Below are positions 13,470-24,410 of a stretch of 64,000 nucleotides of DNA, in pieces. The notes beneath the pieces are model-generated. The model saw only the letters and a program-made list of their open reading frames with translations, did not search any database and had not been told where the DNA came from. How positions within the stretch are numbered: position 1 is the stretch's first letter; the number at the start of each line of letters is the position of its first letter. Origin of the DNA: Nemertoderma westbladi (taxonomy: Eukaryota; Animalia; Xenacoelomorpha); contig JAUCBJ010008823.1 in NCBI GenBank assembly GCA_032718475.1, positions 1-64,000 of the forward strand, in the 5' to 3' direction. The translations under genes and the position numbers were made by a program.

Positions 13470-13973
13470 ACAACAAAATAGAAATAACCAATAAACAGTT
13501 TACCGGAAAAAACATTGCCAAATTTGAACTAGATAAAATTTCACAGCAAATTACAGGTCAAAGTTGCTTAAAACCAAACATGTTTATCTACAAAGGTGAC
13601 GATTCAACTATAATGCTATTTCCCAGCGGCGCAGTAACAATTGTAGGCCTGTGCAATAATTTAGCTAGTGAATTGCTTTATTTAAAACAAACTATCGGGA
13701 TGCAATTACAAAATTTGAAACTTAATACCGAAACACGAACTATTATTTTTCCAAGCGTTAATTTTAAATTATTAATGAAAAAATGTGGACATCATACAAT
13801 TAATAATAAAGCAATATTTATTAGCTATACCCCCCGAATTATTTTGCGCGATTAGAATATATATAGGACGTGCATATTTCAGTGTATTTCATAGTAATAA
13901 AATCGTTTCCATGTGTCCTGCCGGTGTATTCCCCGGATCATTATCTATTTTACAAACTATATTATTAAATTAG
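13466..13973 (+). pseudogene. TATA-binding-protein-like (TBP fold) gene; one extra C in the run at 13830-13835, no ATG
   Basis: Repeat 1: STIMLFPSGAVTIVG (cf. TBP TALIFSSGKMVCTG). Removing one C gives repeat 2: SYTPELFCAIRIYIGRAYFSVFHSNKIVSM (cf. SYEPELFPGLIYR...LLIFVSGKVVL). About 168 aa, roughly the size of the TBP core. Confidence 0.7.
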
Positions 13974-14029
13974 TTTATTTACTATGGTATACATGAAAGT
14001 TTACTATATTATTTATTTTGTGTTGGTTT

Positions 14030-15500
14030 TTATTTTTCCGTGAGTAGGGTTTGAATCCGTGACCATCCGTGTTACCTACTTTTTATAATTGCATTAGTAG
14101 GACTCGAACCCTGGTTTAACTTATTTTGGGTTGGTTTTATAATGGACGCGAGTAGGGATTGAACCCGTGACCTTCTGTTTATTTTCCATAAAACGGGATA
14201 CGAGAAGGGGTCGAACCTGCGAGCATATATTTTTCCTATTTTATGTTTAGTTTAGGTACTCTAATTATTCTATGTTTACTTTTTATATTTTCATGATTAG
14301 GATTCGAACCCTGGTTTATCTTATTTTGTGTTGGATTTATAATGGTCGCGAGTAGGGATTGAACCTATGACCTCCTGTTTATTTTCCATAAAACGGGATA
14401 CGAGTAGGGATTGAGCCCGTGACCTTCTGTTTTTCCTATTTTATGTTTAGTTTAGTTACTCTAGTTATTCTATGTTTACTTTTTATATTTTCATGATTAG
14501 GATTCGAACCCTGGTTTAACTTATTTTGTGTTGGATTTATAATGGTCGCGAGTAGGGATTGAACCCGTGACCTTCTGTTTTTCCTAATTTATGTTTAGTT
14601 TAGTTACTCTAGTTATTCTATGTTTACTTTTTATATTTTCATGATTAGGATTCGAACCCTGGTTTAACTTATTTTGTGTTGGATTTATAATGGTCGCGAG
14701 TAGGGATTGAACCTATGACCTCCTGTTTATTTTCCATAAAACTGGATACGAGTAGGGATTGAGCCCGTGACCTTCTGTTTTTCCTATTTTGTGTTTAGTT
14801 TAGTTACTCTATGTTAAAGTGAATTTTCACCTTTTATTTATATGTTAAATTATAAATTTATGTTACAATTATTATTTATATTATAAAAACAGAAATATTC
14901 GAGTTATATTGCATTATATATTTTACATTGAAGTGGAATACTTTAGATGTTGGGGGGGACTCTGGTTTGCGAGGGATATTTGAATGGTGAGTATAACTAT
15001 CCTTGAGAGCTAGTGCAACGCTATCTCACCATGGATGAGCTTTACCACTGTACTCGCATCTGCTCTCTCATTGGCTGCTCGATGCCTCCGATTAAGGGTC
15101 TAAGACCTTCAAGCTGATTATTTGCTTAGTTCTCTAATTGGAGGGATGTGAGTTTGGACGCTAGAAGAGCATTATTCTTTTTCCTAGCTCTTGGTTAACT
15201 CTAGCATACACTCTAGCTTTGACTCTCCCGCCAGCTATAGTTATAGTATGCAACCTTGGGAGTTAATGTGAGAATATATTTCAGTGTATTTCATAGTAAT
15301 AAAATCGTTTCCATGTGTCCTGCCGGTCCCTGGTTTAACTTATTTTGTGTTGGATTTATAATGGACGCGAGTAGAGATTGAACCCGTGACCATCTGTTTA
15401 TCCTATTTTGTGTTTAGTTTAGTCTAGTTATTCTATGTTTACTTTTTATAATTCCCATAAAACGGGATACGAGTAGGGATTGAGCCTGTGAGCATATGTT
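14030..15500 (-). repeat. Complex tandem array of about 14 tRNA T-arm/B-box motifs
   Basis: Minus-strand GGTCAYRGGTTCAATCCCTACTCGCG(A/T)CCA and CCAGGGTTCGAATCCTA at about 14041, 14096, 14148, 14200, 14296, 14348, 14401, 14496, 14548, 14644, 14696, 14749, 15367 and 15469; no A box or 5' tRNA half. Confidence 0.8.
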
Positions 15501-16400
15501 TTTCCTATTTTACCTCTTCTTCTCCATCTTTCTCACTCAAATTTTCCTCATTTTCTAGGGGTAACTGTTTTTGTATCCCTTTCAAAATATTCACAACTTT
15601 ATGAAATTTATTTTCCATTGGCTGTTTTATATTTAATATATCACGCTCATCTCTCTTTTTCTTTTCATCTTCACTAAAAATATCTTCGGATTTTTTAAAT
15701 TTTTTGGTAACGGAGCCATTAGTTTTCCTTTCTATATGTTTCCATATGACGAGATAAATTGTCTTGTCTCATTTCTTTATTACAAACCAAACAACTTTCA
15801 TGGCTATGCATTATATAGCAATGTCATTTGATAATATTGAATTTTCACATTATATTTATATGTTAAATTATAAATTTATGCTACAATTATTATTTATATT
15901 ATTATATCAGAAATAAAATTGCCATAAAACTAAATATAAAACTGCACCAGCATCCCACCACCAATCAGAACAATACAATTAAGACAATAAGGTTTAACAT
16001 ACATTATTTATATTATAAAAACAGAAATATTCGAGTTATATTGCATTATATATTTTACATTGAAGTGGAATACTTTAGATGTTGGGGGAATCTGGTTTGC
16101 GAGGGATATTTGAATGGTGAGTATAACTATCCTTGAGAGCTAGTGCAACGCTATCTCACTATGGATGGGCTTTACCACTGTACTCGCATCTGCTCTCTCA
16201 TTGGCTGCTCGATGCCTCCGATTAAGGGTCTAAGACCTTCAAGCTGATTATTTGCTTAGTTCTCTAATTGGAGGGATATGAGTTTGCACGCTAGAAGAGC
16301 TTTATTCTTTTTCCTAGCTCTTGGTTAACTCTAGCATACACTCTAGCTTTGACTCCCCCCGGCTATAGTGATAGTATGCAACCTTGGGAGTTAATGTGAG
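14820..16400. repeat. ~450-bp direct duplication inside the Polinton
   Basis: About 14870-15271 is nearly identical to about 16003-16400; the leading segment at 14820 matches 15838. Confidence 0.85.
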
Positions 16401-17198
16401 TAAAGACCAAGAGAATAGACTTCAGGCTCCCTCTATTGGTTCATTCTTCTTAACTTTATAAAATAACTCAACCCGTATTTAAAGTTTTAAAAATTATGAC
16501 TTAGTCGACTAATTTTCCAAAGTATATTATAAAAACATATAATTTCTTGAATAGATAGACCTAATAGTAATAAATAATGTGGGGGTAAATACATTTATAA
16601 TTAAGGTAACTGTAGCTCGAGACTGGGGCAATCAAGTGTTCTAACTAAGGTTCTATAGCAACTCCGATAGGCAATGATCGATAATGGTGGGGTCCCTGAG
16701 AGTAGATAGAGTGTATTATTCTCCAAATAGTTCCCAGGAAGTAAGAGGCCACGTTGCACCTTGCGGTGGTAGGCGTCAAGTTTGTCGATATCCTTTCGGC
16801 GTAGGGATCCAATAGTCAGAGTTAATCTGTGGCATCATGGCTATTGTCTGGATAACATTGTGGAGGTTGCTAGCGGGGTTAGAATTTCCCAGTTTGTGTC
16901 CGAGGAATTTCAGATGATTCGACATAGGCAAATACTGTAAGGAGTAACTGTAAGGGACAACTGCGCTCCCAATCTCGCTCGCCGGCCGGTCCTCACGCAA
17001 ATTTAGCCTATGAGAAAATAAATAAATTATTTTATAATTAAATAATAATTTATTATTTAAGTAATTGCTTTATAGCCATCTTGGTAATTCTTATAACGTT
17101 AAAATTATTGTAATTACTCAAATTAATTTCTATTCAAACTGCATATTGCTTTAACCTATTTTATTATATCATATTATATAAAGGAATGTTAGTATTAA

Positions 17199-17624
17199 TT
17201 AAAACTTACACCATGGTTCCTCCCTAAAATCCTCTGTTTCCTCCCAGTTTTCCTGGGGAAAAGGGTGAAGGAAACGCTGTTCCTCAGCCGCTGCTTTCTC
17301 TTTCAGAACATATTCCTGGTACAAATACTGGTCGTACCAGTTGGAGGAGGTCCGAAGCCCTTCCACACGCGCTTCCTCCAATGCTCGAATCTCGAGCTCT
17401 CGATTAACCAGATCCTCCTCCCAGGCCATCTCCTCTTCCTGATCCCTCATATAACGGCCATAGGGAGTGGCCGCTTCCGACCTGCTCTCCATGGTCTGTG
17501 TACCGACGCTTCTGGTCATGGTTGTGTTGATAGCGTTGGAAGCAGTGGTGATGGATGTAGCTGTGGTGGTGATGGAGACCGATGCCACGGGGGCAGCTAG
17601 CTGAGTGTTGGAGGTGGAATCCAT
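17199..17624 (-). CDS. Polinton-encoded 141-aa Thr-rich/acidic protein of unknown function
   Basis: ATG at 17624 in ACCATGG context; TATATAAA on the - strand at about 17755; GC-rich coding-like composition; acidic/Trp-rich C-terminus. Confidence 0.6.
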   Translation of the reverse strand: MDSTSNTQLAAPVASVSITTTATSITTASNAINTTMTRSVGTQTMESRSEAATPYGRYMRDQEEEMAWEEDLVNRELEIRALEEARVEGLRTSSNWYDQYLYQEYVLKEKAAAEEQRFLHPFPQENWEETEDFREEPWCKF

Positions 17625-19805
17625 GGTATTGATTAATTGGTAAATTAACAAGTTTAAAATTGTAAACGCAAAAGTTTAAAATGTAGAATAAATCACATAA
17701 AATTTTTCGAGCTCAAAACTGATTGACGAATGAAGGCCCCAACTCGGTTTATATAGCATCAGCGCAGAGGGAGCAACACAACAGTTTCAACGAGCGGCGG
17801 CTTTAATTAAAGGGCTCCCCAGTGATAAGTCGTTAGGAGCCAGTAGTAATTATATATCGGTAATAACTATGGGATATAGCATATGAATGTTAGCCTTATT
17901 TGGGCCCTCAAGCTTATTAGCAATAGAGATATCTCGCTTGCCGGCCGGCCCTCATGCAGATTTAGCGGCGCCAAGGCTAACGGGGCACCTCAAAGACAGT
18001 CTGGCTATAGTAGAGTAGAATGGATATACGAGTCCATAGCTAAAATACATCTGCCATGGAGCCTTCGCGTAGCACTATGCTCACCAATTATATTTATAAT
18101 TCTCTATCCGCGAAATTTTCAGGAATTTTAAATTTTGGCCGTCGCTTCATGGAAAAAATAAAAAGTAAACACAAAATAGGATATACAGATTGTCATAGAT
18201 TTGATTCCCTATCTCGACCAGGGTCATTATGACCCTCCCCCGTTATTTATACAATATTTTATAGGCCGGTAGTATTGGGGTTATTATGTGACTCATGAAA
18301 ATAAATCTTAAATACAATACAAATGCTCCATCTGGGTAAAAGTGGATGCAATGTATTTACAAATCGAGTGTGGATCAGGATAGTTTTCGTTAAGGTTTCA
18401 CCTTGATGAAGTGGAAGCATTGTATTCACATTTCGAGTACCATTTTTATTGAAACTATGGGGCATTTTATATTAGCCGATTTTTCAAAATTTGTAAAGTT
18501 TTGAGGGTTTTTATGAAAAATATAGGGATTTAGGGATTATCATTCAAATTGACTACGAAGAAGGCATAGGGATCATTAATGGTGTGCTGAGACTCAGAAA
18601 TTTTCAGGAAATTTAAATTTTTGCCCTCGCTTCGCGGCATTATGACCCTCCACCCCGATATTTATACAACATTTTATAGCCCGGTAGTATTATGATTAAA
18701 GCTACTAAACTAAAACATAACAAAGTGCAATTATCCTATCTGTTCCAACTCGGTGTCACTAGTTTAGATAATATACTATAATAATAGTGATAGCAGATGC
18801 TTTTAATTTCGCGATGAAATAATGTCAGCAAACGAAATATAGTGAATACATCATAGATAGAATTTTAAATTTTGCAGTTGCATGGAGTGATAACCCTTAG
18901 GTGAAAGCTAAATTTGCTCTACTTTAATCAAATGGGGCATTAAAGCTACGAGTATATTTTCCTCTACATCCTCCTCGAACTTACACAAATCTGGGCAAAG
19001 GCAGTTGAAAGGCTATCATTCCCATCATATGCGGTCCTCCCTTTAATGTTTCATTGTTCTATTCATAGTCGCCTTTAAGAATTTCTCGGGAAAATAAGGA
19101 TGAGGGGCTATCACTTTCAACCCCATGCGACCCTCCCTTTCATGATTTCATTGAACTATCCATAGTACGAACAATCAAACCAAAGCCTTTGAATATCCTC
19201 GCGGCTTATCAGCGGCGCCATGGCTAACGGCTTAATATTAACAGTGAAGCATCTAAAAGACAGAGTGTCTATGATAGGACAGAACAGCGTACTTACAGCC
19301 TAGAGGTGGTCGCCCTGAAAACTTTGCTCGCCATCAATACATACAAAGCATCGCTTGATGGATAGAGTAATAGGGTGGATATTTTCATTTTGGTGAATAT
19401 AATTTATAGCATTAATCACGAAAATCGCTAAATAATATATTTTAATTAAAATCAGCTCTGATAAACAACTTGCATATCGAGTTTGTAAAGAATTCATAGG
19501 GATTGGCTGTTTATTTAGGGGTTAACATTCAAATTGATTACGAAGAAGCAGTAGGGGTCATTAATGATATGCTGAGACTCACTTACTTCATGGCTCGCTC
19601 TCATAGAATAGATTAACTAGTAGAGAAAAATGAAAAATAAGTGGTTAAACAAGAATAAATAATTTACCGACAACATCAATATTAAATAATATAACAACAA
19701 CAGATAAATAATTTACCAACAACATTGAAAATAAATAATATAAGAACATCGACAATAACAAAAGATATAGTGAGAACAGTTTTTATTAAATAGAGACTGT
19801 TTATA

Positions 19806-21515
19806 TTAATAGGGTTGCTGGTCTCCGAGAATAACTGGTTTAACCCTTTTAGGGTCCGATACTATTAATGGTTGCGATAATTTTCTCTTTAATAGTTTGT
19901 TGAGATAACCTTTTCTTGGGGGGTGAAATAGATTAAGGTGTGTTTGCTGCGGGAGTAATATGCCTTCTCTGAGAGAACGTTTTAGTAATTCGAAAAGGCG
20001 CGCGATGGTAAAGTCGTTGGATAGGGTGATAGTGTTGGTATTTTTCGTATTGGTGAATATAATTTCTGCTGGTTTGTTCTCGATATGAATGTAAGGACTG
20101 AGATAGTAGTGAGAGTTGGGTGGGTTGGTTATATTTATCGCGAGAAAATCGCTGCCCCTAATATTGAGACCGTTGGTGAACTGAAAAGTGGTATTCTCTT
20201 CGTCTTTCATTAAAATGGGCCAGATACCAACATATTTTTCGGATTTGAACTTATAGATAAAGGCTGCGATACTGTTATTTATGAGATAGCGCTGGTGATT
20301 GGGGATTGTAATCTGCTTCGGTTTGAAAGCAAATTGTATAGCCATAGCCTTGAATCTGATTAGAGCCTCGCGCGCTTGAATCGTGTTAGCTATAGTAAAG
20401 GATTCGTTAAATTTTCTCTCGGTTATCTGTAAATCAATTTCTGAATCGCTGATACAACTTTGTATCGATATTCGCTCGGAAATGTTGTCTTTGTATACGT
20501 CAAGTTCATCGTAGCAGACACATTCACTATCCTCGACGGTTGAATCGAACCATTTCAATTCGCCGACCTCGGTTGGTGTAAAAAGAATCATGCCCCTAGA
20601 AGAAACAATAGCCTTTCCATCGTCAACCTCGTAGCCATTGGTGATCGCTAAATTGCGCTCGTTCCGAATATTTGTAACAAACCCAAAAGTGCAATAGTCA
20701 AAAGCAACCCAATTTCCCGGTTTTAGGAAAAGGTGAGTAGTAGGATTAATAAAAGGGCGACAGATGTTTACATATTGTTGAAATAAATTGGCGCAGGTGA
20801 CGGAAAATGTGATCCATGAACTGTTTACAGTGTCTTCCAGCTTTATTAACTCGAGTGGTTTCACTGGGTTAATACTTCCATAGGTGCCAACTCTATAATT
20901 GAATCCAAAGTAATAGGAGACTTTATTTGCGAAAAAGCATGTGAGCTCATTCAATTTCTCGCCGAAAGCGAGAACATCCTTGTCGAAAAGTTTAAAGAAA
21001 CGAGTCTCCTCTTCCTCGGTCGGAGTCGACGAGTTCCAGATGAGAAGAAGAATCGAGTTTGCGATACTATGAAAATCAAATAAGCGATCATCGGAGAAGA
21101 AGGAGGTTACGAGAGTGGTTAAACCCAGTAGACGATTTGCCACATTTTGGTTGATGTTTTCTCGAATAAAATCGACTATACTAGTTGGAATCGTAAACGT
21201 CTCGGGCGAAGTAGTTAGATTGAACGTGATTTTGTTGTCCCTTTTTAAAAGTTTGAAACCGTGGTTGGAGGAATGAAGTTTATTATCGTCGAGGGTTTGA
21301 TATTGTCCATCGTGAAGTTCGTAGCAGGCGCGGAAAATAAAGTGCGCGTAGTTTGCCGGAATCGGGATGGGTTGGTTTAAGGTTGTATTTATCGTTAACG
21401 GGAAGAGTTTGTTCGCCGAATCGAAATATAGACCAAACGAGTTGTCTTGTAGCATAAACTGATTTTCGTTGCAAACCAAATCGTTGCTTGAATAGCTGAT
21501 TTCTGAATGTGCCAT
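19806..21515 (-). CDS. Polinton-encoded 569-aa protein, possibly with PC4/Sub1-like repeats and a C-terminal NLS
   Basis: Intact long ORF with ACGATGG start and AATAAA just downstream; two segments resemble PC4; basic tail KRKL...PKRVK. Confidence 0.8.
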   Translation of the reverse strand: MAHSEISYSSNDLVCNENQFMLQDNSFGLYFDSANKLFPLTINTTLNQPIPIPANYAHFIFRACYELHDGQYQTLDDNKLHSSNHGFKLLKRDNKITFNLTTSPETFTIPTSIVDFIRENINQNVANRLLGLTTLVTSFFSDDRLFDFHSIANSILLLIWNSSTPTEEEETRFFKLFDKDVLAFGEKLNELTCFFANKVSYYFGFNYRVGTYGSINPVKPLELIKLEDTVNSSWITFSVTCANLFQQYVNICRPFINPTTHLFLKPGNWVAFDYCTFGFVTNIRNERNLAITNGYEVDDGKAIVSSRGMILFTPTEVGELKWFDSTVEDSECVCYDELDVYKDNISERISIQSCISDSEIDLQITERKFNESFTIANTIQAREALIRFKAMAIQFAFKPKQITIPNHQRYLINNSIAAFIYKFKSEKYVGIWPILMKDEENTTFQFTNGLNIRGSDFLAINITNPPNSHYYLSPYIHIENKPAEIIFTNTKNTNTITLSNDFTIARLFELLKRSLREGILLPQQTHLNLFHPPRKGYLNKLLKRKLSQPLIVSDPKRVKPVILGDQQPY

Positions 21516-21629
21516 CGTGATTGTGTACCGGTAACTCGTTTAGGAAATAAAAATAAATAAATACTTTTACGAAAATAATTAAAACTTTTCAGGAAAACAA
21601 AGAGACAATGATTGGGAATGTGGTGAACG

Positions 21630-21760
21630 GGGGCTATTATAGAGGGGGCTAGAATGGGTTAGCCAATCAGGGAACAGGAGGGAGAAAAGACTATATAATT
21701 AAACCAATCAGAGAGCAGCTTTGATGACGTCACATCAGGCGAGATAATGATTGCCCAATG
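21630..21760 (-). promoter_or_regulatory. Putative promoter of the 569-aa gene
   Basis: TATAATA (- strand, about 21636-21642), CCAAT boxes at about 21663, 21704 and 21755, CRE TGACGTCA at 21725. Confidence 0.55.
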
Positions 21761-21865
21761 TTATTCAATGGTAGACAGAATGGCGCCATTGAATAACGAA
21801 GACAAAGGGGCCGCGAGAGGAAAGATTATAAAGTTAACGATAAGGGATCTATAAACCATAGAGCT

Positions 21866-22770
21866 AAAAATAGACATTATGTCATAGTGATCTCATTGGT
21901 AATATAAAAACTAATTAATCTAAAAATAGAAATCAATGTATAAAATAAAAGTAATACAATTAATTAATTTAAAATAAAGTACAAATGAATAAATAAAGTC
22001 AAATAGAATACAAATAATTAATTAAAATTAGGTACAAATAAATAGTTAAATTGAAAATAACAAAGTTAGAGAAGATGTTAATTTTCAGATAATACGCCCT
22101 CTAGCGGCAGACTATGGAACTGCAGGCGGTTGGATATAGGTAAGAGTAATTAGTAATCAGAGCTGTCACGGGGTGGGGGCAGGGGTGCTTGGATACAACT
22201 ATCATTAATATGCTGTTGCTTGGTTAAAGCTAATTGGGGGGTCAAAGGTTAACGATAAAGCTGTCTGGATATAGATAAGAGTAATTAGTTACCAGTAAGG
22301 GAGCTGTATACCCATAAAGTACAAATGAATAATTAATATAAAATAAAGTACAAATGAATAAATAAAGTAAAATAAATGTACAATTAATTAAAATTAAATA
22401 TAAATAAATAGGTATTAATGAATAAAAGAGCTGCGGTGTCACTTATGACACCCTCTTGAGCCGGCTCTGCGACAGTTGGACATCACTGATGAACCATTGT
22501 GTGTCAGGGCGCTAATCAGTCTGATTAATTAGGATAATCAATTAAACCCTAATTAGGAGTCATATGACACCTGTTAGGGTTTAATTGTACTAATTAATTG
22601 ATGACACCTGTCAATTAGGGTCTAATTAGCCTAATTGGGAGGTGTCACCCAGACAGTCTGGCGCCAATGACACCCAATGACACCCATAGGGTGATAATTG
22701 GGTGTCATATGACACCCAATGGGTGTCAGTTAGGTCCAACTGTCGCAGAGCCGCCCAAGACCCTACTACT
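21866..22770 (-). repeat. Right terminal inverted repeat, with a ~300-bp internal interruption
   Basis: 22339-22770 and about 21866-22040 both match the left TIR; 22040-22320 is unique. Confidence 0.85.
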
Positions 22771-23423
22771 TACAGTCTTTGAACCTTTCAGTCTTTCTCA
22801 GCAGTACTTTGTGGCTCGTCCCACATAATAAAAACTGAAACTTTGCTATGACAACACACCCGGTTCTTTTAAATTTGCGTGATTTGATTTATGCTCGCAC
22901 CACTATTTGTAAGAAATATTAGAACTTATCTTACAGTATGCCAATGTAGTAATGGTATTAAAATATAATTAAATTAATTTACACTATTAATGCTTCAGCT
23001 AAAAAATCGTTTCAGCTAAAAAATCGTATGTAATAAAAAAAATAAGAATATTTTTAATATGTGTATATGTAATATAGGTATTACTGCTAAGTTAGGCAGT
23101 AGGCCAGAGCGGGCTCCTTAAATACATGCAACTACTGTATTATAGTGTAGGTCAACTATAAAACATTTTGCAATCCACAGTGAGTATCGACTGCAATAGG
23201 ACACAACACACTGCTTTGTGTAACTAAAATTCATTCTCCTGATCCACCCCCTAACATAGCAGAGTGAGTAACCTTATTGTAGATACTGTATACCCTTAGG
23301 AAGCACTGGGAGAGCAATCAGCTTATGGGGTAATACATTAGAAACCAACAGCTTATGTGTGAGTAAACATTGACTTTCCTTATAGCCTACTAGTAAAACT
23401 TGGCAACCAATACGTTTTACTAT

Positions 23424-24410
23424 GACTGTGTATAACATATTAAGCCATATTTCATCATGAACACCAGCTGTTATTTTACCATTGCTTTTAATTTCGCGAC
23501 AAAACAATGTCAAAAAACTAAATATATCGAATACCACACATAGAATCGATCTGAAATTTTGTAACGCGATTATGAACCTCAAAAGCAATGTACTTGCAAA
23601 ATTTCATCAAAATCGCCAGGCAGGAAGTGCCTTAACCTAGATAATTATCAGTCAGTCAGTGTCAGTCAATGTAATGTATCCTGAAGATTCTTACAGTAAG
23701 TATCCCGCTGTCAAGCGGGCTCCTAAGACTGTGTATAACATATTAAGCCATATTTCATCATGAACACCAGCTGTTATTTTACCATTGCTTTTAATTTCGC
23801 GACAAAACAATGTCAAAAAACTAAATATATCGAATACCACACATAGAATCGATCTGAAATTTTGTAACGCGATTATGAACCTCAAAAGCAATGTACAGTA
23901 CTTGCAAAATTTCATCAAAATCGCCAGGCAGGAAGTGCCTTAACCTAGATAATTATCAGTCAGTCAGTGTCAGTCAATGTAATGTATCCTGAAGATTCTT
24001 ACAGTAAGTATCCCGCTGTCAAGATAATTATCAGTCAGTCAGTGTCAGTCGATGTAATGTATCCTGAAGATTCTTACAGTAAGTATCCCGCTGTCAAGCG
24101 GGCTCCTAAGACTGTGTATAACATATTAAGCCATATTTCTTCATGAACACCAGCTGTTATTTTACCATTGCTTTTAATTTCGCGACAAAACAATGTCAAA
24201 AAACTAAATATATCGAATACCACACATAGAATCGATCTGAAATTTTGTAACGCGATTATGAACCTCAAAAGCAATGTACTTGCAAAATTTCATCAAAATC
24301 GCCAGGCAGGAAGTGCCTTAACCTAGATAATTATCAGTCAGTCAGTGTCAGTCAATGTAATGTATCCTGAAGATTCTTACAGTAAGTATCCCGCTGTCAA
24401 GCGGGCTCCT
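23424..24410 (-). repeat. Three tandem ~300-380-bp copies of the 5' end of the inner Helentron/DINE-like element
   Basis: GACTGTGTATAACATATTAAGCC at about 23424, 23727 and 24110; each unit ends with the hairpin CCCGCT-GTCA-AGCGGG. Confidence 0.85.

Larger units (their letters stand above)
7010..22770 (+). mobile_element. Polinton/Maverick-like element, 15,761 bp, apparently non-autonomous
   Basis: Termini AGTAGTAGGG...CCCTACTACT; perfect 6-bp TSD TACAGT (7004-7009 and 22771-22776); TIRs over 430 bp; protein-primed PolB gene inside. Confidence 0.95.

Noticed and set aside
14030-14810. Cluster of functional tRNA genes
   Set aside because: Only T-arm/3' halves are present; no A box, D-arm or anticodon arm.
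23274-24274. Three similar short - strand ORFs (LLRFIIALQNF...)
   Set aside because: Translations of tandem non-coding Helentron/DINE-like units.
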